Shown: positions 44,703-55,874, counted from the stretch's first letter. The stretch is DNA of 60,124 bases from Parcubacteria group bacterium (GCA_016188775.1 JACPHC010000002.1:1-60124), one strand, 5' to 3'. The notes: generated by a model not told the origin, from the sequence alone. Made by a program: numbers and translations.

Positions 44703-45460
44703 TCGATACCTCCATTTTATTTTTATTAAAGACCACAAACAACGCTTTTGGGTTACCCCGACCGACCTTCAAACCCAGCATATAACAAAAGTTATGCGCT
44801 GAGCCGATAAACTCTTTTGAAAAGAGATAATCCATCGACAGCTTCCGCTACCGATGCCTTGTTACGACTTCTTCCCTGTCGCCGACCCTGCCGTGAACCC
44901 TGATAAACAGAGGCTTCGGGCATTGCCGACTCCCTTGAAGTGACGGGCGGTGAGTACAAGACTCGAGAACGTATTCACCGCGGCATAGCTGATCCGCGAT
45001 TACTAGCGATTCCGGCTTCATGAGGTCGAGTTGCAGACCTCAATCCGAACTGGGGGCAGTTTTGATGGGATTGGCTCCGCCTTACGGCTTGGCAACCCAT
45101 TGTACTGCCCATTGTAACACGTGTGTAGCCCAGGGCATCAGAGGGCCATGCTGATTTGACGTTGTCCTAACTTCCTCCCAGCCTAAAATCCACAATATTC
45201 TTTTAGTTTCTATATTCTGAATTTTAGGCTGGGCGGTCCTGCCTGACACTTGTAACAGGCAGTAAGGGTTGCGTTCGTTACCTCACTTAAGAGAACGCCT
45301 CACGGCACGAACTGACGACAACCATGCAGCACCTGTCCTACTGTCCTTGCGGAGGCCCCGCCTTTCGGCAGGCTTTCAATAGGATTTCAAGCCCTGGTAA
45401 GGTTCTTCGTTTACTGTCGAATTGAACCACATGTTCCACCGCTTGTGCGAGTCCCCGTCT

Positions 45461-45492
<32 letters not shown>

Positions 45493-45588
45493 TCCCAGGC
45501 GGAGTGCTTAACGCGTAAGCTTCGCCACCTAGAGGGTCGATACTCTAGACAGCCAGCACTCATCGTTTAGGGCGTGGACTACAAGGGT

Positions 45589-46633
45589 CAAAATTATTGT
45601 GAAACAATAATTTAACCAATGACAATTGATCAATAGCAATTGTCAAGGGCGTGAATATTTTCACGCGCTCCGATTACTCGGAGGATCGGACTATATCATT
45701 TTCTAAAATTCTTCCAGCGAGATTTTTTCTCAACAAGATACTTTTCAATAACTGCTTGAGAAAAACCGGTTGCTTGACGAACTTCAGAAATCCAGCGTTG
45801 CTGTAAATCAACGTTTTTATACATAAGCAATACTTTCGACAACATTGAAGCTATTTTGATATGCGGCATAATAATCCGCAATAATTTCTGCAATTCTTCA
45901 CTTGAACGAATCCATAACCGATAATACTCATTCTCTCCGCCTTTCCATTTTCTATGAATTTTTCCTATGGCTGCTTTTACGTTCCATGCTTTATTTAAAT
46001 AACGAACTAAAAGTTTTTGCTCTTCATAAGAAAATGAATCGGTGCACAAAACGCCTCGCCGACTGTTCGTTATTAACGAACCATCATCTAACCACCAGAC
46101 CGCCAAAGAAAGAGGTGTAAGCATATTCAACCATTTCCGCCGAATACGCAGCTTCCCCCGCTTGCGCGTTAATGTATACAGTTCGGTTAATGATTCAAGA
46201 GCTAAACTTTGATAACGAAGTTTATCGCCGCCTAATTCATTTTTCGTCTGAAGCCACCAACATTTTTCTCCGGAAATTTCTTTTAATTGTCCTAATTTCC
46301 AGAAAAAATATTCTCTTTGCTTAACCGAATGACGAAATGAAAAACGAGCGTTTTTGTAGCCGGGATGGATTTTTAACGATCCATCGCCAAGCAAAGAACC
46401 TAAAATAACTTCTCCGCATCGCTTTGACAAAAATGACTTGGTCATTTTCTATCTTTATTGATTTACATAGTCTCTACGGGGTTGTTTCAGTTCATAAATA
46501 TGCGCTGAAAAACTTCCCTCGGGATTAACCGTTCGACTTAAACGGCCTTCCCCGATACAGCTGGATGCGCACTCCGATGTTGCCATCGGAGGGGACACCC
46601 TTTGTTCCGTTTTATGGAGCCGGAACCGGATTT
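45589..46633 (-). mobile_element. Group I-type intron in 16S rRNA (inserted in GGATTAGAT|ACCCTTGTAGTCC)
   Basis: The exons rejoin to the universal 785-806 region. The 5' exon ends in U and the intron ends in G. The intron carries a homing endonuclease ORF. Confidence 0.7.
45696..46445 (-). CDS. LAGLIDADG homing endonuclease (double-motif)
   Basis: ILGSLLGDGSL and AVWWLDDGSL motifs. 249 aa, lying entirely inside the intron. Confidence 0.85.
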   Translation of the reverse strand: MTKSFLSKRCGEVILGSLLGDGSLKIHPGYKNARFSFRHSVKQREYFFWKLGQLKEISGEKCWWLQTKNELGGDKLRYQSLALESLTELYTLTRKRGKLRIRRKWLNMLTPLSLAVWWLDDGSLITNSRRGVLCTDSFSYEEQKLLVRYLNKAWNVKAAIGKIHRKWKGGENEYYRLWIRSSEELQKLLRIIMPHIKIASMLSKVLLMYKNVDLQQRWISEVRQATGFSQAVIEKYLVEKKSRWKNFRK

Positions 46634-47413
46634 ATCTAATCCTTTTTGCTCCCCACGCTTTCGTCTCTCAGCGTCAGGAAAAGGCCAGCTGAATGCCTTC
46701 GCCTTTGGTGTTCCGGTCGATATCAACGGATTTCACCCCTACACCGACCGTTCCATCAGCCTCTCCTTTCCTCTAGTTTTGCCGTTTCGGACGCATTTCT
46801 TTGGTTAAGCCAAAGCCTTTAACATCCGACTAACAAAACCGCCTACAGACTCTTTACGCCCAATAAATCCGGATAACGCTCGGGGCCTTCGTATTACCGC
46901 TGCTGCTGGCACGAAGTTTGCAGCCCCTTATTCCTCTTCTACAGTCAAACCAAATTTAAAATCTGGCTTTCCTCAAAGAGAAAAGAAGTTTACAGGCCGA
47001 AGCCCTTCATCCTCCACGCGGCGTCGCTCGATCAGGCTTGCGCCCATTGTCGAATATTCTCGACTGCAGCCTCCCGTAGGAGTATGGCCCGTGTCGCAGT
47101 GCCATTGTTGGGGAACAGGCTCTCACCCCCCCTACCCGTCATAGCCTTGGTAGGCCGTTACCCTACCAACTAGCTGATAGGCCTTAGGCCCCTCCTGAAG
47201 CGATTTCCTTGCGGATTTCTTTAATGATTTGAAAATCAAATCATGCTATCGGGAATTAGTTCCGCTTTCGCGGAATTATACCCGTCTTCAGGGTGGGTAC
47301 CAAAGTATTACTAACCCGTCTGCCGCTAAACTATTTTATCCGCAGCCATTGATATAATCTCAAACCGTTTCAAAAATAATTCCGCTCGACTTGCATGCCG
47401 TATCCACGCCGCT

Positions 47414-47444
<31 letters not shown>

Positions 47445-47828
47445 AATAAAATGAGCATTGATGGCTCGTTCACCCGCTTCAATTTTTCACCCGCCGTAAA
47501 TTTTAAAAATTTTTGGCGGGTAAATAAATTTTAGCGGGCGATAAAAAAACAAAATAAATTTCACCCGCCACCCGCCGTAAATTTTTTAAAATTTACGGCG
47601 GGTGGGCGGATGAATCGGGATAACCCAAAAAAGTTGTTTGTATTTATTCAAGAAAATTAGTTGGTTAAAAATTTTCTTGAGCGATGAAATAAAATTTTTA
47701 ATGTTCTTTCAAAAAAACAAACCCACGAAAAATTATCTTGCATTTTAATCTTTCGCGGATTTATTTATTGACGTAATTTTAATCTTACTTGGTTGAAAGA
47801 TATTTGGGGCTCATACTCACGCATAAAC

Positions 47829-47856
47829 ATTCTACTTGCCAATTAATTCTTGTCAA
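47829..47856 (-). promoter_or_regulatory. Candidate rRNA promoter
   Basis: On the minus strand: TTGACA (47856-47851), 16-nt spacer, TAGAAT (47834-47829). It sits just after the trmD stop. Confidence 0.35.
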
Positions 47857-47860
47857 GCTC

Positions 47861-48559
47861 CTAAGCCTTGATATGCCCTTTCCTCCACTGCTCTATTTTC
47901 TGATGATCGCCGGAAAGAAGAACTTTTGGCGTTTTATATTTTTTATTTTTCCATAAAAATATTTCCGGACGAGTATAAACAGGCACGCCCGCGCCGTATC
48001 GCTTCTCCTCCAACGACTCTTCCTTGCCCAAAACTCCTGGAATATGGCGGGAAACCGCGTCCACTAAAACCATACCCGCCAGCTCTCCGCCGGTTAAAAC
48101 GTAGGGGCCAATTGATAATTCCTGAATCTTAAATCCAAAATCCCGAACAACGGATTTAATTCTTTCATCCACGCCTTCATAATGACCCGCGATCATAATA
48201 ATTCTATCGCGCTTTTTCGCGAAATCTCTCGCTATTTTTTGATCAAACTGCTTACCCAACGTTGAAAATAAAACGACTTGAGTTTTACGTTTTTGAATTT
48301 TACCCGCTTGATAACGAGGCAAAGTTTTAGATTTCAAAATTAAACTTATAACTCTGGTTAACGGTTCAATTTTGATCACCATTCCCGGTCCGCCGCCATA
48401 AGGCCGGTCATCCACTTTTTTATGAGGATCTTTAGTAAAATTCCTCAAATCGTGAATTTTTATTTGAATCAGCCCTTTCTTTTGCGCGCGTTTCAAAATA
48501 GACTCATTTAAATACGAGTTAAAGCTTTCAGGAAAAATTGTAATAATGTCGAAACGCAT
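47861..48559 (-). CDS. trmD: tRNA (guanine37-N1)-methyltransferase
   Basis: MRFDIITIFPESF...DDRPYGGGPGMV...LTGGELAGMVLVDA. Confidence 0.9.
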   Translation of the reverse strand: MRFDIITIFPESFNSYLNESILKRAQKKGLIQIKIHDLRNFTKDPHKKVDDRPYGGGPGMVIKIEPLTRVISLILKSKTLPRYQAGKIQKRKTQVVLFSTLGKQFDQKIARDFAKKRDRIIMIAGHYEGVDERIKSVVRDFGFKIQELSIGPYVLTGGELAGMVLVDAVSRHIPGVLGKEESLEEKRYGAGVPVYTRPEIFLWKNKKYKTPKVLLSGDHQKIEQWRKGHIKA

Positions 48560-48581
48560 AAAACTTTTTCGAAATAATAAC

Positions 48582-48675
48582 AAGAAGTTATTCTAAAATT
48601 TTTTAGGTACCCTCGGCGGATTATATAATTTAATTAAAGCGCCTCGACCTTAAAAATTTTTAGAATAACTTCTTT
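48582..48675. repeat. 94-bp MITE-like element, copy C
   Basis: The terminal inverted repeats AAGAAGTTATTCTAAAATTTTT / AAAAATTTTTAGAATAACTTCTT flank the shared core. Confidence 0.85.
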
Positions 48676-48766
48676 AATCATTATAAGCGAAAGTTTAATA
48701 AATCTAGTTGAAAAACAAAAACCGCGTTAATTATAGCGCGGTTTTTGTTTTGTTTAAACCCTAAAA

Positions 48767-49072
48767 TTAGAGTTTTAAATCTCCAACGGCTTCGTCTAAA
48801 TTTTTGATTCGTTTGCCGCCTTCCGGCTCTTCAATTTTGAGATTGACCCGGGCGTTGTTTTTTAAACCAACGATACGAACAAGCGATCGGATAGATTTAG
48901 CGGTTGAGCCGTCTCTTCCGATAATTTTGCCCATATCTTCCTGAGCCACTTTAAGAGTCAAAAGGACGCCCATTTCGTCAACCGTGCGATCGACTTTGAC
49001 CGCGTCCGGATTGTCGACAAGCGCTTTAACGACATATTCGACGAACTCCTGATCTTGCTGCATTTTAGCCAT
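48767..49072 (-). CDS. KH-domain RNA-binding protein (YlqC/UPF0109-like)
   Basis: VKALVDNPDAV...GKIIGRDGSTAKSIRSLV. Confidence 0.8.
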   Translation of the reverse strand: MAKMQQDQEFVEYVVKALVDNPDAVKVDRTVDEMGVLLTLKVAQEDMGKIIGRDGSTAKSIRSLVRIVGLKNNARVNLKIEEPEGGKRIKNLDEAVGDLKL

Positions 49073-49194
49073 GTCTTTAAAAAAACTGAATTAACTTTTA
49101 GTATTTATCGACCTTTCCGCCATATCGAGTACGTTCTGCCGTACTGAAGGCTGATAATTTATAATAGTCATTTTTAATCTTTTGTCAAATTTTT

Positions 49195-49881
49195 TTAAAA
49201 CAAATTTTCTATTTTATCGGCGCTGATGATTTTAATCGTTGAATTTCTATCAAAACTGGCCAGTCCGATGACCTCGCCTTTTAAATTAAAAATAGGCGCG
49301 CCTTGAGCCCACCCGGAAGATTCTTTAAAAGAGACTTCGAGATCTTGATTTTTTATTATCCCTTCGCTGACAAAAAGCGAAGACAAATCTCTGGCCATTA
49401 AAAAAATGATGGAACCGAGTTTTATTTCGTTATCAGCGAAAGAAACGATGGGCAAATTTGATTTTTGAATTTTCAAAAGAGCGACTTTATTTTTCTGATC
49501 TCTTTTAAATAAAGAGGCCTCTTCGGCTTCTTCTCCGATACGGACATAAATTTTATTTGCAACCAAAAAAGGCGAATCAATCGTAGCGACCAGTCCGTCG
49601 GAAGTGACGTAAAAACCCGAGGCTTTGAAATTTCCGCTGGAGATTGAGACGATTTTCCCGCTTTCTTTTTCAATAATTTCCGCGATTCTCTCGTCCGGAC
49701 GGACAGTCACCTGTTCCTCGCGATTGACAATGATCGTTCGAGCCGATTTTAATTTCTCAAAAAATTTCGTCTGACTCAAAAAAGAAGAGGCGGCGAAACG
49801 AGAAAAAATTATCTCATCGCCAAAAAACCCGCCCAGAGCGCCAAAGAATAAAATTAAAATGATGAAAAAAAATTTCTTCAC
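49195..49881 (-). CDS. Membrane-anchored HtrA-like protein lacking the catalytic Ser motif
   Basis: GFYVTSDGLVAT, VALLKI and GAPIFNLKGEVIGLA (where GNSGGP is expected). A GTG start at 49881 avoids the 59-nt overlap with clpB implied by the ATG at 49944. Confidence 0.5.
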   Translation of the reverse strand: MKKFFFIILILFFGALGGFFGDEIIFSRFAASSFLSQTKFFEKLKSARTIIVNREEQVTVRPDERIAEIIEKESGKIVSISSGNFKASGFYVTSDGLVATIDSPFLVANKIYVRIGEEAEEASLFKRDQKNKVALLKIQKSNLPIVSFADNEIKLGSIIFLMARDLSSLFVSEGIIKNQDLEVSFKESSGWAQGAPIFNLKGEVIGLASFDRNSTIKIISADKIENLF

Positions 49882-49885
49882 GGCG

Positions 49886-52525
49886 CTAAATTTCTTTAAA
49901 AAAAATTTTATCCTCTTGAATGTCAATGTTGATTTTTTTGCCATCGGAGTCTTTTCTCCGGACGATTATTTCGGCCAGCGGATTCAAAATCATATTCTGA
50001 ATTACTCGCTTTAATGGTCGGGCGCCAAAGTACGGATCAAATCCGGCTTGAGCCAAATATTTTTTTACTTCTTTCGAAATTTTAAGAGTCAAGCCTTTTT
50101 TGAGCAGTCTGTTTTTAACCCGTTCCAGTTGCAAATCGACGATTTCTTCAATATTAGATTTAGTCAACGAGTTGAAAATAATAATCTCATCCAGCCGATT
50201 TAAAAACTCCGGCCGGAAATTTTCTTGAAGCGCTTTCCGAATTTTTTCCTGAAAATTTTCCTTCCGATTTTCTTTCTTTTTGGAGTTTTCTCCGAAACCG
50301 ACTTGAGCCATCTCCTGAATAAATTCCGAGCCGATATTGGAAGTCAAAACCAAAATAGAATTTTTAAAATTAACAACTCGGCCTTTGGCGTCGGTCAGCC
50401 GGCCGGAATCCAAAATTTGAAGCAAAATATTAAACACTTCCGGATGGGCTTTTTCAATTTCGTCAAAAAGAATAACGGAATAAGGCCGGTGCTTGACAAT
50501 CTCGGTCAGTTGTCCCCCTTCTTCGTGCCCGACATAGCCGGGAGGGGAGCCGACAATTTTCGCCACCGCGTGCATTTCCATATACTCGGACATATCCAAA
50601 CGAATCAAGGCTTTTTCGTCATTAAATATAAATTCGGCCAGAGCCCGCGCCAGTTCGGTTTTTCCCACGCCAGTCGGACCTAAAAACATAAACGATCCGA
50701 TCGGCCGCTCTTCATCGGAAATACCGGCGCGGGATCGCCTTAAAGCCGCGGAGACTTTTTCCACCGCTTCGATTTGCCCGACTACTCGAGCCTTTAAAGT
50801 TTCCTCTATCCGCGAAAGTTTTTCCGCCTCTTCTTCCATTATTCGAGTCAGCGGTATGCCGGTGATTTTTGAAATTACTTTGGTAATGTCTTCCGCCGAT
50901 ACTTCTTCTTTCAGAAGAGGATGATCTTTTTGGATTTTTTTCAATCTTTTTATTTCTTCTTCCAGTTTTTGCTCTCGCTCCGGAATTATTGAATAGCGAA
51001 TTTCAGCGACTTTCTCAAGATCGCCTTTAGTTTCGTTTTCCTCGGCTTTGCGCTTAAAATCGTCAATGGCTTTTTTCAACATTCGGATTTGGACCAAAAT
51101 TCCTTTTTCACTGTTCCACTGAATCTCCAAAGCCTTGCTTTTGTCTTTCAATTCCGCCAATCTTTTTTTCACGTCCAAAATCGCTTTTTTATGGCTTGGG
51201 TTTTTGTCCGACTCGCCAATATTTTTTTTCAAAGCCTTATTTTCAATTTCAAGGCGCGTGATTTCCCTCTTAAACTGATCTAATTCCGCTGGCAAGCTGT
51301 CTATTTCCAAACGCATGCCGGCCGCGGCCTCGTCAATCAAATCCACGGCCTTGTCCGGCAAAAAACGGTTGCTTAAATAACGGCTTGATAAATTCGCGGC
51401 CGCGGCAATCGCTTCTTCGGTAATAGCCACGCCGTGATGAACTTCGTATCTTTCTTTAAGGCCCCGCAAAATGGAAATAGTGTCTTCAATGGACGGCTCT
51501 TCAACAAGAATCGGCTGAAATCGCCGCTCAAAAGCCGGATCTTTTTCAATATGCCTCTGATATTCTTTAATGGTGGTGGCGCCTATGGCGTGAAGTTCGC
51601 CTCTGGCCAGCGGCGGTTTTAACATATTGGAAGCGTCAATCGCTCCTTCGGCCGCGCCCGCGCCGATAATCGTATGAAGCTCGTCAATGAAAAGAATTAT
51701 TTTACCCGAAGCCCGATCAATTTCTTTCAGCACCGCTTTAAGGCGGTCCTCAAATTCTCCCCGGTATTTCGTGCCCGCGATCAAGGCTCCCAAATCCAAG
51801 GCGATAATTTCTTTTTCTTTGAGAGTTTCCGGCACATCGCCCGAAATAATTCTTTGGGCCAATCCCTCGACAATGGCGGTTTTGCCCACGCCGGCCTCGC
51901 CTATCAGGACCGGATTATTTTTAGTTCGGCGCGAAAGAACCTGCATCAAACGCCGAATTTCCGAATCTCGGCCAATAACCGGATCGAGCTTTTGTTCCCG
52001 GGCCATTCTCGTTAAATTACGGGCGTATTTTTCCAAAACCTGATATTTTGTCTCCGGCTCCGGATCCGTCACTCGTTGCGCTCCTCTTAATTGAGCTAAA
52101 ATTTGTAAAATCGCCTCGCGATTGACGTTAAAATTGAAAAGTATGTCTTTAGCTTTTGAAGGCGTGCTCAGAAGGCCGAGCAAAAAATGTTCGGTGGAAA
52201 TAAATTCGTCCTTAAGCGCCGACGCTTCCCGTTCCGCCGCTTCAATCACTCGGGCTAAGTCTTGAGTCAAAAACGTCTGGGTCAGCAAAGACGGGCCGGA
52301 TATAAAAGGTCCAAAATGATCCAGAGCTTGATCTATCTGGGTTAAAATCGCGCGCTGGTCAATCTCCAGACGATCAAAAATCGCCTGAATGGTGCCGCCG
52401 TTTTGCTCAATCAGAGAAAAAAGAAGATGCAAAGGATCGATCTGCTGCTGCCGTCTTTCCAAGGCCAATTCCTGCGATCTTCTCAAAGCCTCCTGCGCTT
52501 TAATTGTAAAATTATGGATGTTCAT
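49886..52525 (-). CDS. clpB: ATP-dependent chaperone ClpB
   Basis: 879 aa with two AAA+ modules ([16 protein letters not shown]) and a middle coiled-coil domain. Confidence 0.95.
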   Translation of the reverse strand: MNIHNFTIKAQEALRRSQELALERRQQQIDPLHLLFSLIEQNGGTIQAIFDRLEIDQRAILTQIDQALDHFGPFISGPSLLTQTFLTQDLARVIEAAEREASALKDEFISTEHFLLGLLSTPSKAKDILFNFNVNREAILQILAQLRGAQRVTDPEPETKYQVLEKYARNLTRMAREQKLDPVIGRDSEIRRLMQVLSRRTKNNPVLIGEAGVGKTAIVEGLAQRIISGDVPETLKEKEIIALDLGALIAGTKYRGEFEDRLKAVLKEIDRASGKIILFIDELHTIIGAGAAEGAIDASNMLKPPLARGELHAIGATTIKEYQRHIEKDPAFERRFQPILVEEPSIEDTISILRGLKERYEVHHGVAITEEAIAAAANLSSRYLSNRFLPDKAVDLIDEAAAGMRLEIDSLPAELDQFKREITRLEIENKALKKNIGESDKNPSHKKAILDVKKRLAELKDKSKALEIQWNSEKGILVQIRMLKKAIDDFKRKAEENETKGDLEKVAEIRYSIIPEREQKLEEEIKRLKKIQKDHPLLKEEVSAEDITKVISKITGIPLTRIMEEEAEKLSRIEETLKARVVGQIEAVEKVSAALRRSRAGISDEERPIGSFMFLGPTGVGKTELARALAEFIFNDEKALIRLDMSEYMEMHAVAKIVGSPPGYVGHEEGGQLTEIVKHRPYSVILFDEIEKAHPEVFNILLQILDSGRLTDAKGRVVNFKNSILVLTSNIGSEFIQEMAQVGFGENSKKKENRKENFQEKIRKALQENFRPEFLNRLDEIIIFNSLTKSNIEEIVDLQLERVKNRLLKKGLTLKISKEVKKYLAQAGFDPYFGARPLKRVIQNMILNPLAEIIVRRKDSDGKKINIDIQEDKIFFKEI

Positions 52526-53815
52526 TTATTTTCTTTCCTTTAAAATAGTTTTCAAAATTATTTCCTTTCCTTTTCTTAAAATTTTAAGAGCGACTTCGTC
52601 TCCCACTTGCTTTTGGCTAATTAACTTGGCTAATGAGTTATCTTTGTCAATCTTTATCTTGTCCATCTCCAATATTATATCATTTTCCAGAATTCCCGCC
52701 TGATCCGCCGGCGAGCCGGGCACGACGGCCAAATCTTCCTGATTTTCCCCTCTTTGGATTAAGGCGCCGTAATCAACCGCTAAATTATTTTTCTTGGCAA
52801 TATCGGCATTTAAAATAATGTAACGCACGCCCAAAAAAGGATAAGAAATTTTGCCTTTGGTTTTGACGTCTTCTAAATCCTTTTTGGCTTTATTGATCGG
52901 AATGGCAAAACCGATGTTTTCCGCGCCTCTGGCCATGGCGGTATTAATGCCGATAACCTCGCCTTTTAAATTCAAAAGCGGGCCGCCGGAATTGCCCGGG
53001 TTAATAGCCGCGTCGGTCTGAATCAGCTCTTCCAGCTGTTCAATTCCCGCGGCCGAAGAGGCGGTCAAAGATCTTCTTAAGCCGGAAACAATGCCGGACG
53101 ACACCGTATTGCTGAATTCTCCCAGAGCGTTGCCAATGGCAATAACGCTCTGACCGATTTTAATCTTGCCGGAATCGCCTAGATTTAACGGCTTAAATCC
53201 GTTTTTTCCCACTTTCAAAACCGCTAAATCCTGAATCGGATCCCGGGCTAAAACTTTAGCTTCTAAATTTTCTCCGCTGTTGGTAATAATCCGATAACTC
53301 GCCTCCTCATCTTCAACCACGTGCTTGTTGGTCAAAACCAGTCCGTCCGAACTGATGAAGAAACCGGTGCCGGATGAAACATCCTGTTTTTTTAGGCCTT
53401 TTTGCCTATATTGAGGAGTCTGAAATTCCTGAAAAAATTGCTGAAAAAAGGGATCATTGCCAAAAGGGCTGGAAAAAAATTGCTCGAGCACGGGCAAATC
53501 TTTGGAACCAATAACACTGACAACGGAATTCGTTGAATCTTCAACAACTTTAATAATTGCTTCTTCTTGAGAAAAAATAATTGCCGGCGCCTCAATTTCT
53601 TTTTTTGTCGCGCTCTCTTTTTCTTGTTTTTGAAACGGCCGCAAAAACGGCTCTAAAAAAGATTTAAAAGACGCCTCCTGATTAAAAGTTTTTAAAACGG
53701 CCGCCACTTGCGAACGGGAAGCTAAAAAGCCGAAAGATAAACCCAAAAAAGCCGACACTAAAATATTGGCTATAAAAAATATCAGAAATTTTTTATCTTG
53801 GCGATTTAATTTCAT
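52526..53815 (-). CDS. htrA: HtrA/DegP-family serine protease with PDZ domain
   Basis: TNKHV, DLAVLKV and GNSGGPLLNLKGEVIGINTA motifs, with an N-terminal TM. Confidence 0.9.
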   Translation of the reverse strand: MKLNRQDKKFLIFFIANILVSAFLGLSFGFLASRSQVAAVLKTFNQEASFKSFLEPFLRPFQKQEKESATKKEIEAPAIIFSQEEAIIKVVEDSTNSVVSVIGSKDLPVLEQFFSSPFGNDPFFQQFFQEFQTPQYRQKGLKKQDVSSGTGFFISSDGLVLTNKHVVEDEEASYRIITNSGENLEAKVLARDPIQDLAVLKVGKNGFKPLNLGDSGKIKIGQSVIAIGNALGEFSNTVSSGIVSGLRRSLTASSAAGIEQLEELIQTDAAINPGNSGGPLLNLKGEVIGINTAMARGAENIGFAIPINKAKKDLEDVKTKGKISYPFLGVRYIILNADIAKKNNLAVDYGALIQRGENQEDLAVVPGSPADQAGILENDIILEMDKIKIDKDNSLAKLISQKQVGDEVALKILRKGKEIILKTILKERK

Positions 53816-54026
53816 TGTTATTAGCTAGGCAAGATGAATTTTGACGGAATCCTCATGCGAAGAGACAAAGCGGCAAAATTCACCTTACCTAAACTATTTT
53901 ATGATACTTTATTATAAAAAATTTTATAAAAAAATCAAGAATTTATTTAAAATTTTTAATTCTTAAACTTTATAAATTAAATAAAACTTTAATCTTACGC
54001 TCGAGCTTGCGTATTCTCTTCACTAT

Positions 54027-54074
54027 AATTTTACTACAATGAACTCACGATCGTGAGTTCATTGTAGTAAAATT
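54027..54074. terminator. Perfect 48-bp palindrome downstream of the cysteine desulfurase gene
   Basis: AATTTTACTACAATGAACTCACGA|TCGTGAGTTCATTGTAGTAAAATT. Confidence 0.5.
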
Positions 54075-54091
54075 AAAAAATTCTAACGGAA

Positions 54092-55264
54092 TTATTTTTT
54101 AAGATTTTGTATCGTTGTCCGAAGAATCTTTAAAAATTTTACCAATTCTTCTTTGGTGGTGGTCCGGCCAAGGCTGATTCTGGGGCTTGAGCCGGCTTCT
54201 TTTTCCGAAAGCCCGATAGCCAATAAGGCCGAAGAGGTTTTAGCGGCCCGGGAAGCGCAAGCCGAGCCGTAAGAGACAGCCGCGCCAGCCCTATCCAAAG
54301 CAATCAATAAATCTTCTCCGGAAATTCCGGAAAATCGCGCGCTTAAAATATGAGGAACGATATTTGATTTATCAACGTTAAGTTTAGCGCCCGGGATTTT
54401 CTCAATTTCTTTAATTAAAAAATCACGAAGACCCGTAACTTTTTTCTTGTATTCCGGCTTCAAAATTTTTATTGCCTCGCCTAGCGCGGCAATCCCGATT
54501 AAATTTTCCGTTCCTGATCGAAATCCATATTCCTGACCTCCGCCGACAATCATTGGATATAAAATAACGTTGTCCCGAATGTAAAGTCCGCCTATGCCCT
54601 TAGGGCCGAAAATTTTATGGCCGGAAAAAGTCAAAAGGTCAACGCCGAGATCATCAACTTTTTCATCCAGCCACTGAAACATCTGGACCGCGTCGGTATG
54701 AAAATACGGATACTGAATTTTATTTTTTTTCCGATATTCTTTTATTATTTTCCCGATCCGGGCTATTGGCTGAATCGCGCCCATCACATTGCTGGCAAAA
54801 ATAACGCTGACTAAGATCGTGTTTTGTTTCAAGGCTAACCTGACGTCTTCCGGGCTAACAAGGCCGTTTTTATTCGGCTCCAAATAAGAAACTTCCAATT
54901 CTTCGTTTCTTTCCAATCCCTCAATTAAATTTAAAATCGACTCGTGCTCGATGACGGTGGTGATGATATGAGGTTTCGCCTTTCCCGAATTAGCCCTTTG
55001 CCAATATTTTACTAATCCCTGAATCACCAGATTATTCGCTTCAGTGGCGCCGGAAGTAAAAATGATTTCTCTTGATGCCGCACCCAAAAAATTCGCGACC
55101 TCCGATCGCGCCCTGTCAATAACCGCTCTGGCAACCATGCCAAAAGAATGAATCGAAGAAGGATTGCCAAAAATTTTTTCAACCTGGCGCGTTTTTTTAA
55201 TCACTTTCGGATCAAGAGGCGTGGAAGCGGCGTAATCCAAATAAATTTTTTCATTGTTTCGCAT
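54092..55264 (-). CDS. Cysteine desulfurase (NifS/IscS class)
   Basis: PLP-Lys motif FSGHKIFGPKGIGGLY. A SGTEN loop and C-terminal Cys (GSACAS). Confidence 0.9.
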   Translation of the reverse strand: MRNNEKIYLDYAASTPLDPKVIKKTRQVEKIFGNPSSIHSFGMVARAVIDRARSEVANFLGAASREIIFTSGATEANNLVIQGLVKYWQRANSGKAKPHIITTVIEHESILNLIEGLERNEELEVSYLEPNKNGLVSPEDVRLALKQNTILVSVIFASNVMGAIQPIARIGKIIKEYRKKNKIQYPYFHTDAVQMFQWLDEKVDDLGVDLLTFSGHKIFGPKGIGGLYIRDNVILYPMIVGGGQEYGFRSGTENLIGIAALGEAIKILKPEYKKKVTGLRDFLIKEIEKIPGAKLNVDKSNIVPHILSARFSGISGEDLLIALDRAGAAVSYGSACASRAAKTSSALLAIGLSEKEAGSSPRISLGRTTTKEELVKFLKILRTTIQNLKK

Positions 55265-55385
55265 AATAATATCAAAGAAAATGTATCTTTTTATTTTATT
55301 ATATCAAATCTTTAAAATCAAAACGGCCCTCATCGGGCTTGCTTTAAGATTGCTTCGCTTCGCTCGCGATGACAAAATAACTAGA

Positions 55386-55832
55386 CTATAATTCTTTAAT
55401 TTTTTTTAAAACTTCATCCGCGTGACCGTCGGCATTGACTTCTTCAAAAATATGGCGGACCTTGCCGGATTTATCAATGACAAAAGTGGTTCTTTTAGCC
55501 GCGCCGGAATCCCTCAAAATGCCGAAATCGGCGCAAATTTTTTTATCCCCGTCGGATAAAAGCGGAATATCCAACTTATGTTGCCTGGCAAATCGGCGAT
55601 GGCTGGTCAAACTGTCAACGGACACGCCCACGACAACGGCGTTTAAAGCGGAAAAACTTCTCTTTTTTTTGGTAAAATCAATCCCTTCGCGAATGCATCC
55701 CGGCGTGTTGTCTTTGGGATAAAAATACAAAACTACTTTTTTTTTGCCCAAAAAATCAGCCAAACTGATTTTAGTTCCGGTTTGGGATTCGCCGGCAATA
55801 TCGGGTATTTTTTGTCCGACTTTAATATTCAT
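55386..55832 (-). CDS. bcp: Thioredoxin-dependent peroxiredoxin Bcp
   Basis: VVLYFYPKDNTPGC. Start at MNIKVGQ. Confidence 0.85.
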   Translation of the reverse strand: MNIKVGQKIPDIAGESQTGTKISLADFLGKKKVVLYFYPKDNTPGCIREGIDFTKKKRSFSALNAVVVGVSVDSLTSHRRFARQHKLDIPLLSDGDKKICADFGILRDSGAAKRTTFVIDKSGKVRHIFEEVNADGHADEVLKKIKEL

Positions 55833-55874
55833 AAAGTAATTTAATAATACAAAAAATAACAAAAATTGTCAAAT

